Assembly (NCBI GenBank): GCA_012516125.1
Contig: JAAYXB010000010.1
Location: forward strand, 15,984-79,983
Length of the DNA stretch: 64,000 nucleotides
Origin: Bacillota bacterium
GTDB lineage: Bacteria > Bacillota > SHA-98 > UBA4971
Direction of reading: 5' to 3'
Shown: positions 1 through 9,183 of the stretch, in pieces
Layout: each line of letters starts with the position of its first letter
How positions within the stretch are numbered: position 1 is the first letter of the stretch
The notes under the pieces: generated by a model
What the model saw: only the letters and a program-made list of their open reading frames with translations
Told to the model about the DNA's origin: nothing
The model's database searches: none
Position numbers and translations under genes: made by a program

Positions 1-109
1 GTGGGCGGGCGAGGTGCTTGCTGTCAGAGGAAAGAGCGTCCTCGATGATGCGGTCAACCGCCCGTATGCGAGCCTCCAGCTCCGGAGGAAGCTCCAGACT
101 CCCTCTCAC
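1..109 (-). CDS. 5' part of a gene running off the window (MRGSLELPPELEARIRAVDRIIEDALSSDSKHLARP...), product unknown
   Basis: GTG at 109 preceded by purine-rich AGGGGAG; frame open to window edge. Confidence 0.35.
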   Translation of the reverse strand, partial: MRGSLELPPELEARIRAVDRIIEDALSSDSKHLARP

Positions 110-128
110 GTCATCATCTCCCCTGGTC

Positions 129-193
129 CTAAGCAAGAGCGCAAAAACCTCCCGACGCTGGGAGGGTTGCCGGTGACTCAAAGAGCGAGTGCG
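129..193 (+). mobile_element. Degenerate truncated copy of the CTAAGTGAGGG MITE (left half)
   Basis: CTAAG start followed by CTCCCGAC..GGGAGGGTTGCCGGTGACTCAAAGAG, matching the other copies. Confidence 0.65.
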
Positions 194-310
194 TGTATAG
201 TCTGGTCGCCCTGCGTGGGATGTATTCCCGGCGCCTGACAGCGAGCGCGCAAAGCCCAGCATACTTCCAGCATGTTCAATATCATGCCTTCGCTCACGCG
301 GTGCTGGCTC

Positions 311-340
311 GAATAACAGCGCCCCACGGGGACCATACTA
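311..340 (+). promoter_or_regulatory. SigG-type forespore promoter for the DUF421 gene
   Basis: GAATA-N18-CATACTA fits the B. subtilis SigG consensus GHATR-N17/18-CATWHTA. Confidence 0.55.
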
Positions 341-364
341 CATCTCTGGCCGGGGGTTTGTTCG

Positions 365-491
365 CTAAGTGAGAGTAGAGGAGATGCTCCCGACTTTCGG
401 GAGGGGTTACCGGTGACTCAAATAGAGAATGCAACGCCGGCAACCCGACGCCCGTTGGGAAACCAGGAGGGATTAACGAACCCTCACTTGG
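365..491 (+). mobile_element. MITE, short form (127 bp), in the 5' UTR of the DUF421 gene
   Basis: Ends CTAAGTGAGAGT...CCCTCACTTGG; internal GGGGTTACCGGTG / CGCCGGCAACCC inverted repeat. Confidence 0.8.
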
Positions 492-529
492 CAAAATCTA
501 CACGGGACAGGGAAAGGGCTGGTCCTCGG

Positions 530-1267
530 GTGCTCTCCACCGTGGTCAAGACCATGTTCATGTATGTTTTCGTCCTCTTCGTCACGCGGCTCATGGGCAA
601 GCGCGAGATCGGCCAGCTTTCGCCCTTCGACCTCGTCGTTGCCATCATGATAGCGGACCTCGCCGCAATGCCTCTGGAGGAGAAGCGGATCCACATACAT
701 GACGCAGTCGTCCCCATCGTTGTGCTGGCAGCGGCAGAAGTGCTCTTTGCTTACATAACGCTCAGGAGCGACAAGGCAAGGGCGCTCATCAGCGGCCAAT
801 CCACCATCGTCATCAGGGACGGTCACATCCTTGAGGGCAACCTGCGGGAGCTTCGCTACAACCTCGACGACCTCCTGGCCGGCCTGCGGGAGAAGAACGT
901 CTCAAACATCCAGGATGTAGAGTTCGCGATCCTCGAGGGTTCGGGGCGCCTCAGCGTTATCATGAAGTCCCAGGCCAGGCCGCTCACGCCCAGAGACCTC
1001 GGGATCACCACCGCGTACGAGGGGCTGCCGTACCCGCTCATCACTGACGGCAGGGTCCACTATCACCACCTGGACCAGCTCGGCCTCACCGTTGCGTGGT
1101 TGAAAGAAGAGCTGGAGAAAAAGGGTGTGAAGGACCCGTCCGATGTACTCCTGGCGACGCTGGACACCGCGGGTGAGCTGTACGTCGCCAAGAAGGAGAG
1201 GGCGGAGGTGCACGACCTCCAGTCGAAGCTGGGGTCTAAGTCCGATACGTCTCAATCTGATGAATAG
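530..1267 (+). CDS. DUF421 / YetF-family membrane protein
   Basis: MGKREIGQLSPFDLVVAIMIADLA and LREKNVSNIQDVEFAILEGSGRLSV motifs; GTG start at 530 (the track extension to 413 lies inside the MITE). Confidence 0.9.
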   Translation: MLSTVVKTMFMYVFVLFVTRLMGKREIGQLSPFDLVVAIMIADLAAMPLEEKRIHIHDAVVPIVVLAAAEVLFAYITLRSDKARALISGQSTIVIRDGHILEGNLRELRYNLDDLLAGLREKNVSNIQDVEFAILEGSGRLSVIMKSQARPLTPRDLGITTAYEGLPYPLITDGRVHYHHLDQLGLTVAWLKEELEKKGVKDPSDVLLATLDTAGELYVAKKERAEVHDLQSKLGSKSDTSQSDE

Positions 1268-1281
1268 GCGGGGATGCTTCG

Positions 1282-1890
1282 ATGGAGTTATCAAAGGAGT
1301 TCCGAGACAAGTTCGTCAAGACGCTTCAGGGCAGGGACTACGTTCTGTACGGCGGCCTTCTCCAGCTTGCCCGTCAGCACGGGCTGAAGCGGATCACCAC
1401 AAACATCGTGCAGATCCCATCGCCTGACAACGGCATGTACGCGGTAGTCGAGGCGGAGATCGAAACCGAGAACGGCGTCTTCAAGGAGGTGGGCGACGCC
1501 TCGCCCGAGAGCGTGAACAGGGCGATCCAGCCGCACATCCTCCGGATGGCCGCGACCCGCGCCAAGGCCAGGGCAATGAGGGACGCAGTGGGCATCGATC
1601 TCGTGGCCCTCGAAGAGCTGGGCGACGTGCTGCCACAGGATGAGGTCCCGGGACCGGAGAGCCCCGAGGACCTCATCCTCACGTTCGGTAAGTACGCCAG
1701 ACGGCCTCTTGGGCACGTGGTCCGGCAGGACCCGGCGTACGTGGGCTGGCTCGCGGAGAACGCCCGTGACGAGGCGGTGCGAAAGGCCGCCCGCGACGTC
1801 CTCGGCAGGGCGGCCGCCGAGGACATCGGCGGCGGGGCGGAAGGCGGTATGGAGCCTGCTGAACGCGCCGAACGGCCGCCGGCTCACTGA
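1282..1890 (+). CDS. Hypothetical protein: Rad52/Rad22-like N-terminal region plus DUF3820-like C-terminal module
   Basis: RMAATRAKARAMRDAVG resembles the Rad52/Sak helix; LTFGKYARRPLGHVVRQDPAYVGWL resembles the FGKY..DP.Y..WL module. Confidence 0.55.
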   Translation: MELSKEFRDKFVKTLQGRDYVLYGGLLQLARQHGLKRITTNIVQIPSPDNGMYAVVEAEIETENGVFKEVGDASPESVNRAIQPHILRMAATRAKARAMRDAVGIDLVALEELGDVLPQDEVPGPESPEDLILTFGKYARRPLGHVVRQDPAYVGWLAENARDEAVRKAARDVLGRAAAEDIGGGAEGGMEPAERAERPPAH

Positions 1891-1902
1891 GCGACGGCCC
1901 GC

Positions 1903-3054
1903 TCAAAGCAGCCCGACCCGTCTGAGGAAGCGGCAGGCCCGCCACATAGACCGTGCGTCAGGCCCGGCCTTATCGAGGAGGAAGGCTGCCAGGCCATCCA
2001 GTCCGCCCGCGGTGACCTTCGGGTCCGAAAGGTACATGGCGAGAAGGCCCTTTACCACCCCCTGGTGAAATGCCGGACGAGCAAGGCGAGACGTGGATTC
2101 CAGCGCCCTGTCCACGAAGTACCCCAGTCTCTCCCGTCGCTCCCTGGCATCTCTGTAGAAACTGACGAGGTTGAGGTCGCCCTCGCGGGCGTCTTCCTCC
2201 TGGTCGATGAGGTAGTCCAGAAGGATATGCACGCCACACACCCACGGGAAGTACGCGCGAGAGAGCCTCTCCACCGCCTCCGGACTCGGACCCGGGCCTC
2301 CGTGCGCCGCAAGGTTGAAAAGCGCAAAGATCGCAAGCGTGGAGCCTGAGGCGGCGGCGAACTCCCACCAGGCGAGGTCGGAAAGCCCGCCTCCCTCGCC
2401 CTCCTCGCCTGTCGCGCCCCCCTCGCGTCTCCACCACTCAACGAGCACGGGCACCCTGTTTTCCGTCCGGACATGCTTGCGTACCTGAAGGTCCGTATAC
2501 AGTCGGGCAAGGCGAAGGACCTTGGCCTCGATGGCCGCATGGTACGCAGGAAGGCGCGCGACCTGTCGTCTGCACTCGTCCACAAGCGACCCAAGGTAGC
2601 CGCCGTCGGCCTTACGGGGATACAACCCGTAGTAGTCGTCCGCGTCGGGGCCGTCAAGAGGGCCTGTCGTCCCGGCAGGAGGGGCTGTCGTCACGGCATC
2701 GAGCATGGACTGGTGCAGCCTGGCAAATGCGGAGCCGTCGTCGACCCCGGCGCGGTCGCAGAGGTTGTCCAGATAATCGCTGATGGTCTGATAGGCAACT
2801 ATGAGGGAAACAAGGCCGCTCGACGGCCGCGGGTCGAGGCTGTACACACACCCGCCTATGGCGTGGAAACGCTTATGGCGTATGCTGGAAAGGCCCTGCC
2901 TCCGGAGCTCCGGGTCGGGGCAACGTTCGAGCGCCCCCCTCCACCTCGCAAGCTCCCGGTCGACCCTCGGCACCACCCACAGGGACATGGCGCGTATGAG
3001 CCGCGCGGCGCTCCAGCGGGTCTCCCTGCTATGTTTGTGCGACATCACCCTCAC
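1903..3054 (-). CDS. ytpB: Tetraprenyl-beta-curcumene synthase family protein (YtpB/DUF2600)
   Basis: HKRFHAIGGCVY, YQTISDYLDNLCD, WWEFAAASGSTL, HILLDYLIDQEED motifs. Confidence 0.85.
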   Translation of the reverse strand: MRVMSHKHSRETRWSAARLIRAMSLWVVPRVDRELARWRGALERCPDPELRRQGLSSIRHKRFHAIGGCVYSLDPRPSSGLVSLIVAYQTISDYLDNLCDRAGVDDGSAFARLHQSMLDAVTTAPPAGTTGPLDGPDADDYYGLYPRKADGGYLGSLVDECRRQVARLPAYHAAIEAKVLRLARLYTDLQVRKHVRTENRVPVLVEWWRREGGATGEEGEGGGLSDLAWWEFAAASGSTLAIFALFNLAAHGGPGPSPEAVERLSRAYFPWVCGVHILLDYLIDQEEDAREGDLNLVSFYRDARERRERLGYFVDRALESTSRLARPAFHQGVVKGLLAMYLSDPKVTAGGLDGLAAFLLDKAGPDARSMWRACRFLRRVGLL

Positions 3055-3075
3055 CCGGCCGTAGTGTTGCCACGC

Positions 3076-4809
3076 TCACGCCCTGTGATTACGGCTTCGG
3101 GAAAGCCACTCGCGCAGTCGTCCGAGGGGCCAGGCGTTTACCACATGAGACCGCTCCAGCCAGCCCCGCCTCGCGACGCCGACACCGAATATCATGTACC
3201 CGAGCTGGTCGAAGCTATGGGAGTCTGTGTTCACAGCGAGCACGGCTCCGGCGTCCTTTGCCCTCCGCGCCCAGCCGGAGTCGAGGTCCAGCCGCTCGGG
3301 ATATGCGTTGATCTCAAGAGCGACCCCGCAGCGAACCGCCTCTTCGATGACCCTCTGCATGTCCACGTCGTAAGCGTCGCGCCTTCCCAGCACCCTCCCT
3401 GTGGGATGTCCTATGATGTCCACGTTCTCGTTTCTTATGGCCCGGATTATCCTCTCGGTCATCATCTCCCTGGACTGCCTGAACGACGAGTGCACGGAGG
3501 CAACCACAACGTCGAGGCGGGCGAGGACCTCGTCCGGGAGATCCAGGGTTCCGTCCTTCTTGATGTCAACCTCTATGCCGGAAAGCACCGTGACCCCGTC
3601 GAGGTGACGGTTGAGGTCCGCGATGAACCCGGCTTGCTTCAGGACCTCGTCCCCGGTGAGGCCCCCGGCGATGCCGAGGGCCTTTGAATGGTCGCAGACG
3701 GCGATGTACTCATACCCCCTCGACCTCGCCGCCTCCGCCATGGCCTCTATCGAGGATATGCCGTCGCTCCAGTCGCTGTGCACGTGGAGATCGCCGAAGA
3801 TGTCTTTCTCCTGGACGAGATCGGGCAGCCTGCCCTCGAGCGCCGCCTCGATCTCGCCCGTATCCTCTCTGAGCTCCGGGGGCACATATTGAAGCCCCAG
3901 CGCAGAGTATATGTCCTCCTCGGTAGCCACCGCAAGCCGCCCGCCATCCCTCAGGAACACGCCATGCTCGTTGATCTTGAGGCCGCGCTCGCGAGCAATG
4001 CCGCGGAGCCTTACGTTGTGTGCCTTCGAGCCTGTGGCGTGATGGAGCGCGGCGACGAACTCCGCCGGAGGAACCACCCAGACATCGACGTTCACCCCGC
4101 CGCGAGTTGCGAAGGAGCCCCGCTCCTCGCCAACACTGAGGATCTCGGAGACCTCATGCCACGCGCTCACGGCCTCCATCACTGGGCCGCCCTTCTCGGC
4201 CCCCACCACGATGTCAAGGTCGCCGCAGGTCTCCCGCCACCTCCGCAGGCTTCCAGCAGCGGCCGCCTCGCGGACCCCAGCCACCCGGGCCACCGTGTCG
4301 AGGACGGAGCGGGCGAGCATCACGCCGACCCCCAGCGGGATCCTGGTCCAGTGCTCTTCGCGCAGTCTCTCTATGGCCCGGATGATGTTCTCCGCGGTCT
4401 TCGCTCCCATGCCCGGGACATCCTTGAGCCTGCCATCCCGGGCGGCCTTCTCAAGCTCGTCCACGCTCGCAATCCCAAGGTGCTGGAACACCGCCGCCGC
4501 CGTGCGCGGACCTACTCCGGGGATCCTCAGCATGTCCCGAAGGCCCGGCGGCACCTCCCGCCTCAGCTCGTCGAGGAGCCTGAGCTTCCCTGTGCTTGCG
4601 AGCTCGGCGGTCTTCTTCTCGATAGCCTCACCTATCCCCTCGATGCTCTTGAGCCTTCCCTCGGCGGCAAGCGTTGCCGCATCCTCGGGAAGGCTCTCGA
4701 TCGTGTCCGCCGCACGCCTGTATGCGCGAATCTTGAAGGGGTTCTCTCCCTTCAGCTCCAGAAGGTCCGCAAGCTCACGGAACATGGAGGCTATCTCTGC
4801 GTTGTCCAT
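3076..4809 (-). CDS. polX: DNA polymerase/3'-5' exonuclease PolX
   Basis: MDNAEIA..ENPFKIRAYRRAA, GSLRRWRETCGDLD, PHP domain DLHVHSDWSDG; RBS GGAGGGTGG before ATG 4809. Confidence 0.95.
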   Translation of the reverse strand: MDNAEIASMFRELADLLELKGENPFKIRAYRRAADTIESLPEDAATLAAEGRLKSIEGIGEAIEKKTAELASTGKLRLLDELRREVPPGLRDMLRIPGVGPRTAAAVFQHLGIASVDELEKAARDGRLKDVPGMGAKTAENIIRAIERLREEHWTRIPLGVGVMLARSVLDTVARVAGVREAAAAGSLRRWRETCGDLDIVVGAEKGGPVMEAVSAWHEVSEILSVGEERGSFATRGGVNVDVWVVPPAEFVAALHHATGSKAHNVRLRGIARERGLKINEHGVFLRDGGRLAVATEEDIYSALGLQYVPPELREDTGEIEAALEGRLPDLVQEKDIFGDLHVHSDWSDGISSIEAMAEAARSRGYEYIAVCDHSKALGIAGGLTGDEVLKQAGFIADLNRHLDGVTVLSGIEVDIKKDGTLDLPDEVLARLDVVVASVHSSFRQSREMMTERIIRAIRNENVDIIGHPTGRVLGRRDAYDVDMQRVIEEAVRCGVALEINAYPERLDLDSGWARRAKDAGAVLAVNTDSHSFDQLGYMIFGVGVARRGWLERSHVVNAWPLGRLREWLSRSRNHRA

Positions 4810-4861
4810 CGTCACACCACCCTCCCCGATCCGGGCTGCTGCCCCGTCTGCAGCGCCGCTC

Positions 4862-5443
4862 TCACGCCCGGTCCTGGGGCACAAGCTTCGGCAAAGACCC
4901 GCCGGGCGCCTCCCTACGCCCGCCGTCACTGTTATCTTTCCGATGAATAAAGGACGGTACCCCGGTGGGAAGGATCTCCTCGATCTTGCCATAGATGATG
5001 GGAGACGCATCGAGGAACTCCCTGGCGACGGACGAGCTGTCGATGATCTCGCGCAAACCCTTGACGGGAAGCGCATATAGCACGAGAAGCACGACCGCCA
5101 CGATCGCGGCGCCCTTGACAAGCCCGAACAGCGCGCCACCGGCCGCATCCAGCCAGGACACCGGGGTGTAGCGAACGAGCCTGCCCCAGATCCACTCCGC
5201 AATCGTCACAGCGAGACCGACGCCAACGCAGACGGCGGCAAACCCGAGGATATTCGCAACTGCCCTGGAAACCACGAAGTAGTCGAGGAGGAACGTGCCG
5301 ACCTTCTCGTAGTACTGAAAGGCCAGCACGACGGCGGCCACAAGCCCCGCAAGCCCCAGCACCTGCCGCACCAGGCCTTGCCGCAGCCCGGCGATGGCCA
5401 TGAGGCCCACGAAGACCAGGATGAGAAGGCTCAGCCAGTCCAC
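4862..5443 (-). CDS. cvpA: CvpA family membrane protein
   Basis: GLRQGLVRQV..LDAAGGALFGLVKG; zapA-cvpA-polX order as in B. subtilis. Confidence 0.9.
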   Translation of the reverse strand: MDWLSLLILVFVGLMAIAGLRQGLVRQVLGLAGLVAAVVLAFQYYEKVGTFLLDYFVVSRAVANILGFAAVCVGVGLAVTIAEWIWGRLVRYTPVSWLDAAGGALFGLVKGAAIVAVVLLVLYALPVKGLREIIDSSSVAREFLDASPIIYGKIEEILPTGVPSFIHRKDNSDGGRREAPGGSLPKLVPQDRA

Positions 5444-5461
5444 GTCGAATACCCTCCTCCT

Positions 5462-5758
5462 TTATCTTGCTTCCTCAACCATGCGCATCAGCTCTTCATA
5501 GCGCGCCTTCAGCTTCTCCAGGTCGTCGGCGAGCGACAGGCACGCCAGGATGGCCGCACGGCTCCGAGCGAGCCTGGGGTTTGCGGCCAGCGCGGCGCGA
5601 ACCCGCTCGTCCACGGCTTTCGCCAGCAACTTCACGTATTCCGGGTCTGCGTCGGCCCTGATGGTGTATTCCTCGTCCACGATGTTCACAGTGACCCGGT
5701 TCTTCTTCGGCCCGCCCGCTCCTCGCTCAGCCTCACCCAAAGTGCCTGCTCCCATCAT
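5462..5758 (-). CDS. zapA: Cell division protein ZapA
   Basis: RVTVNIVDEEYTIR..YVKLLAKAVDERV..AAILACLSLADDL. Confidence 0.9.
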   Translation of the reverse strand: MMGAGTLGEAERGAGGPKKNRVTVNIVDEEYTIRADADPEYVKLLAKAVDERVRAALAANPRLARSRAAILACLSLADDLEKLKARYEELMRMVEEAR

Positions 5759-5926
5759 ACGTTCGACGCTCCCTGCCGTGATCCGATATACTTATCTGTG
5801 CTCATCTATTTCTCTCCTCATCTACTGGTCAAGCACATTTATTCTACGGTGCGGCTCCGATTACCTCCCTCCCGAGCGGCCGTCCGCACGAATTTCCGCT
5901 CCCCAGACCCGGATCTACAGGATCCA

Positions 5927-5960
5927 CAGTAAGGGAGTGACCGAAGTCACTCCCTTACTG
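5927..5960 (-). terminator. Perfect 15-bp hairpin with C(UUCG)G tetraloop overlapping the pheT stop codon; no U tract
   Basis: CAGTAAGGGAGTGAC-TTCG-GTCACTCCCTTACTG on minus strand. Confidence 0.55.
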
Positions 5961-8100
5961 TAGCCCCCAGCTTTTCAGTCAGAGCAGCCGAGATCGCCCT
6001 GTGAGCCTTCTCCACTTCCTCGTCGGTGAGGGTGCGCTCTGGACTGCGGTAGGTGATGGAGAATGCGAGGCTCCTGTGCCCTTCGGGCACTTGCGGCCCC
6101 TCGTACACGTCGAACAGCCTGACGTCCTCCACAAGATCCGCCCCTGCCGCGGCGATCTCGTCCCGGACCTCGGCGCTCGCGACGTCGCGACGCACGACAA
6201 TAGCCATGTCCCTCGTCACCGCCGGGAACCTGGCAAGAGGCTTCACGCGTGGCACGGGATCCCTTGCGGCGAGAATGCTTGCAAGGTCAAGCTCCGCCAC
6301 GCAGGCCCGCTTGCGAAGGCCGAGAGCCTCCCGGACGTCCGGGTGCAGCTCGCCAAGGAAGCCGATGTCGCCAATGTCGCCGTCGCTGCCGTCGCCATCC
6401 CCAGCCACCACGACCCGCGCGGTCCTCCCTGGGTGCAGCGATGGGTGGCTCGCGGCGACAAACCTGGCACCGCGCACCCCGAGGCCCTCGAGGAGCGTCT
6501 CCACAATGCCCTTCAGGTCGAAGAACCCCGCGTCGGCGGCCCCGCGCTCCCACGAAGGCTCGGCGATCCTGCCCATCACCGCAAGGCCGATCTTCGTCGG
6601 CTCACAGGGCAGGAGGTCCTCACATGCGCTGCCGCTGCCCGGTAGGCTATCTCCCCGCGCGCTCCCGGGAGCATCCTCGCGCTCGCGCCGCAGGTATACC
6701 CTGGCGATCTCGTAGATGGCGACGTCGTCCTCGCGGCGCGCAGCGTTTCTCTTGAGCACATCAAGGAGGCTCGTGAGAAGCGTCGTCCGCATCATCGTGT
6801 AGTCGCTGGAGAGCGGGTTGGATATCTTCACCGCGCGCCTCTCGACCTCGTCCTCGGGAAGCCGAAGCTCCCGGCATGCCTCGAAATTCGTGAACGTGAT
6901 GGTCTCGACCTCGGAGAGGCCGCACGCCCTGAGGATCTCGCCGGCCCTCGAGGCCACCTGTCTCGCCGGATCGAGGCGCACCTCGGGAGGTGCCCCTTCG
7001 GGCAGGGTGGCCTCTATCCTGTCGTACCCGTGCAGCCTCGCGATCTCCTCGACAAGGTCCTCCTCCCGGGACACGTCCCGCCGGTGGTCGGGAACGAGCA
7101 CGCGATATGCGTCACCGTCCTTGGACTCGATGATGAACCCGAGTCGCATCAGGATGTCCTTCATTTCCTCGGCAGGGATGTTCGTTCCGAGCAGGTGGTT
7201 CACGCGGCGCGGGCGGAGGGTCACGTAGACCGGCGCCTCGCGGCCAGGGTACGCATCCAACATCCCGAGGGCGATCTTGCCCGCGCCGATAGCGGCAATG
7301 AGGGCCGCGGCACGGTCTACTCCGATGCGGGCGTTCTCCGGCCACAGCCCGCGCGAGAATCGGCTCGACGCCTCGGTGCGCATCCGTAGCGCCCGCGAGG
7401 TGCGCCACACGCTCACGCCGTCGAAGTTCGCCGACTCGAGAAGCACCGCTTTGGTCCTCTCGCTCACCTCGGTTTCGAGACCGCCCATGACCCCGGCCAC
7501 GGCCACCGGACGGTCGGCATCGGCGATGACGAGCATGTCCTCGCTCAGCCTGCGCTGCTCACCGTCGATGGTGGTGATGGACTCGCCAGGCGCGGCCCGG
7601 CGAACGACGATGCGCCGCCCGCCGACAAGATCCAGGTCGAAGGCGTGGAGCGGCTGGCCGACTTCCAGCATGACGTAGTTTGTGACATCCACAATGTTGT
7701 TGATGGGTCGGACACCTGAAGACGCGAGCCTTGCCTGCATCCAGCCAGGGGACGGGCCGATCTTCACGTCCGTCACGATCCTGGCGATGTACCGGCGGCA
7801 GAGGCCGGGCGCGGCGATCTCCACCGAGGCCATGCCCTCCGCGGCACCCCCCTCCTCGGGCACGGCAAGCTCCGGATGGCGGAGGGGCAGCGAAAACACG
7901 GCCGCGGCCTCGCGCGCTAGGCCGAACACGTTCAAAAGGTCTGGACGGTTGTGCGTTATCTCGAAGTCGAAAACGGCGTCCTCACCTTCGCCCGTAAGGG
8001 CCTCAACGGCGACGCCGGCCATGGTGAGCACGCGGGCGACCTCGTCCGCCGGGGGAAGCCCGGGCACGAACTCCTTCAGCCATTCATAGGGTACAAGCAT
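5947..8100 (-). CDS. pheT: Phenylalanine--tRNA ligase beta subunit (short form lacking the B2 OB-fold)
   Basis: EITHNRPD, INNIVDVTNYVMLEVGQPLHAFD, DLVEEIARLHGY, C-terminal FDX-ACB domain; follows pheS. Confidence 0.95.
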   Translation of the reverse strand: MLVPYEWLKEFVPGLPPADEVARVLTMAGVAVEALTGEGEDAVFDFEITHNRPDLLNVFGLAREAAAVFSLPLRHPELAVPEEGGAAEGMASVEIAAPGLCRRYIARIVTDVKIGPSPGWMQARLASSGVRPINNIVDVTNYVMLEVGQPLHAFDLDLVGGRRIVVRRAAPGESITTIDGEQRRLSEDMLVIADADRPVAVAGVMGGLETEVSERTKAVLLESANFDGVSVWRTSRALRMRTEASSRFSRGLWPENARIGVDRAAALIAAIGAGKIALGMLDAYPGREAPVYVTLRPRRVNHLLGTNIPAEEMKDILMRLGFIIESKDGDAYRVLVPDHRRDVSREEDLVEEIARLHGYDRIEATLPEGAPPEVRLDPARQVASRAGEILRACGLSEVETITFTNFEACRELRLPEDEVERRAVKISNPLSSDYTMMRTTLLTSLLDVLKRNAARREDDVAIYEIARVYLRREREDAPGSARGDSLPGSGSACEDLLPCEPTKIGLAVMGRIAEPSWERGAADAGFFDLKGIVETLLEGLGVRGARFVAASHPSLHPGRTARVVVAGDGDGSDGDIGDIGFLGELHPDVREALGLRKRACVAELDLASILAARDPVPRVKPLARFPAVTRDMAIVVRRDVASAEVRDEIAAAGADLVEDVRLFDVYEGPQVPEGHRSLAFSITYRSPERTLTDEEVEKAHRAISAALTEKLGATVRE

Positions 8101-8103
8101 GTC

Positions 8104-9168
8104 TCAACCCTCCCTCGACGCATGAACAATATGGGCGGGGTTTATGTGGAGGAACTGGCGGTTGAAGCGCATGTCGTTCTCCGCCAGAAGCCGGATGTCG
8201 TCAATCCCGTACTTCAGCATGGCGATCCTGTCGGCGCCCATGCCAAAAGCGAGTCCCGACACCTTCTCGGGGTCGTACCCGACGGCTTCCAGCACCTTCG
8301 GGTGGAAAAGCCCCGACCCCAGGATCTCGAGCCAGCCCGTGTTCTTGCATACACGGCATCCCCTGCCGTGGCAGATCACGCACGACACGTCCATCTCGGC
8401 GCTGGGCTCGGTGAACGGGAAGTAGCTCGGACGGAACCTGACCTTCGTATCGGCCCCGAAGAACTCCCGGGCGAACCTCGCAAGCGTGCCCTTGAGGTCC
8501 CCGAACGTGATGCCCTCGTCAACAGCAAACCCGTCAAGCTGGTGGAACACTGGAAGGTGCGATGGATCGGACGCGTCCGACCTGTAAACCTTCCCCGGGA
8601 TGATCGCCCGGACCGGCGGCTTTCGCCCCTTCATGACGCGCACGTCCACGCATGTGGTGTGGGTGCGGAGCACCACCTCATCGGAGATGTAAAACGTGTC
8701 CTGGATGTCTCGCGACGGGTGGTTCTTCGGGACGTTGAGCGCCTCGAAGTTGTAGTAGTCCAGCTCGACCTCGGGACCCTCGGCCACCTCGAAGCCCATG
8801 CGTCCGAAGATCTCCTCGAGCTCCTCGTAGACCATCCTTATCGGGTGCCTCGCCCCCACAGGCGGCCTCGTGCCGGGGAGTGTGACATCCACCCTTTCCG
8901 CCTCGAGCGCCTTCGCCCTCTCCAGCGCTGCCACCTCGTCGCGCCGCCGGGTCAGCATGGCCTCCACCGATTCGCGGGCCTCGTTGAGCAGCTTCCCGAG
9001 GGCCGGGCGCTCCTCGGGAGGGCATGCGCCGAGGCTCCGAAGAGCCGCGGTGATCCTACCTTTCTTCCCGAGGTACCTGACTCTCACCTCGTCGAGCTCC
9101 GCAAGGCTCGACGCCGCGGAAACCTCGGCTGCGGCTTGCGAGATGATCTTCTCTACGTCGTCGCGCAT
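8104..9168 (-). CDS. pheS: Phenylalanine--tRNA ligase alpha subunit
   Basis: HPSRDIQDTFY, LRTHT, FRPSYFPFTEPS, GLAFGMG. Confidence 0.97.
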   Translation of the reverse strand: MRDDVEKIISQAAAEVSAASSLAELDEVRVRYLGKKGRITAALRSLGACPPEERPALGKLLNEARESVEAMLTRRRDEVAALERAKALEAERVDVTLPGTRPPVGARHPIRMVYEELEEIFGRMGFEVAEGPEVELDYYNFEALNVPKNHPSRDIQDTFYISDEVVLRTHTTCVDVRVMKGRKPPVRAIIPGKVYRSDASDPSHLPVFHQLDGFAVDEGITFGDLKGTLARFAREFFGADTKVRFRPSYFPFTEPSAEMDVSCVICHGRGCRVCKNTGWLEILGSGLFHPKVLEAVGYDPEKVSGLAFGMGADRIAMLKYGIDDIRLLAENDMRFNRQFLHINPAHIVHASREG

Positions 9169-9183
9169 CTACCGAACCCTCCC

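Noticed and set aside
2473-3687. Long antisense ORFs (e.g. 2473-3687, 7951-9723, 11022-12476, 54937-56322, 60381-61643)
   Set aside because: Shadow frames opposite well-supported genes, expected at this GC content; no motifs.
4810-5202. 131-aa N-terminal extension of the PolX ORF in the track
   Set aside because: It overlaps cvpA in another frame; PolX homology and the RBS start at 4809.
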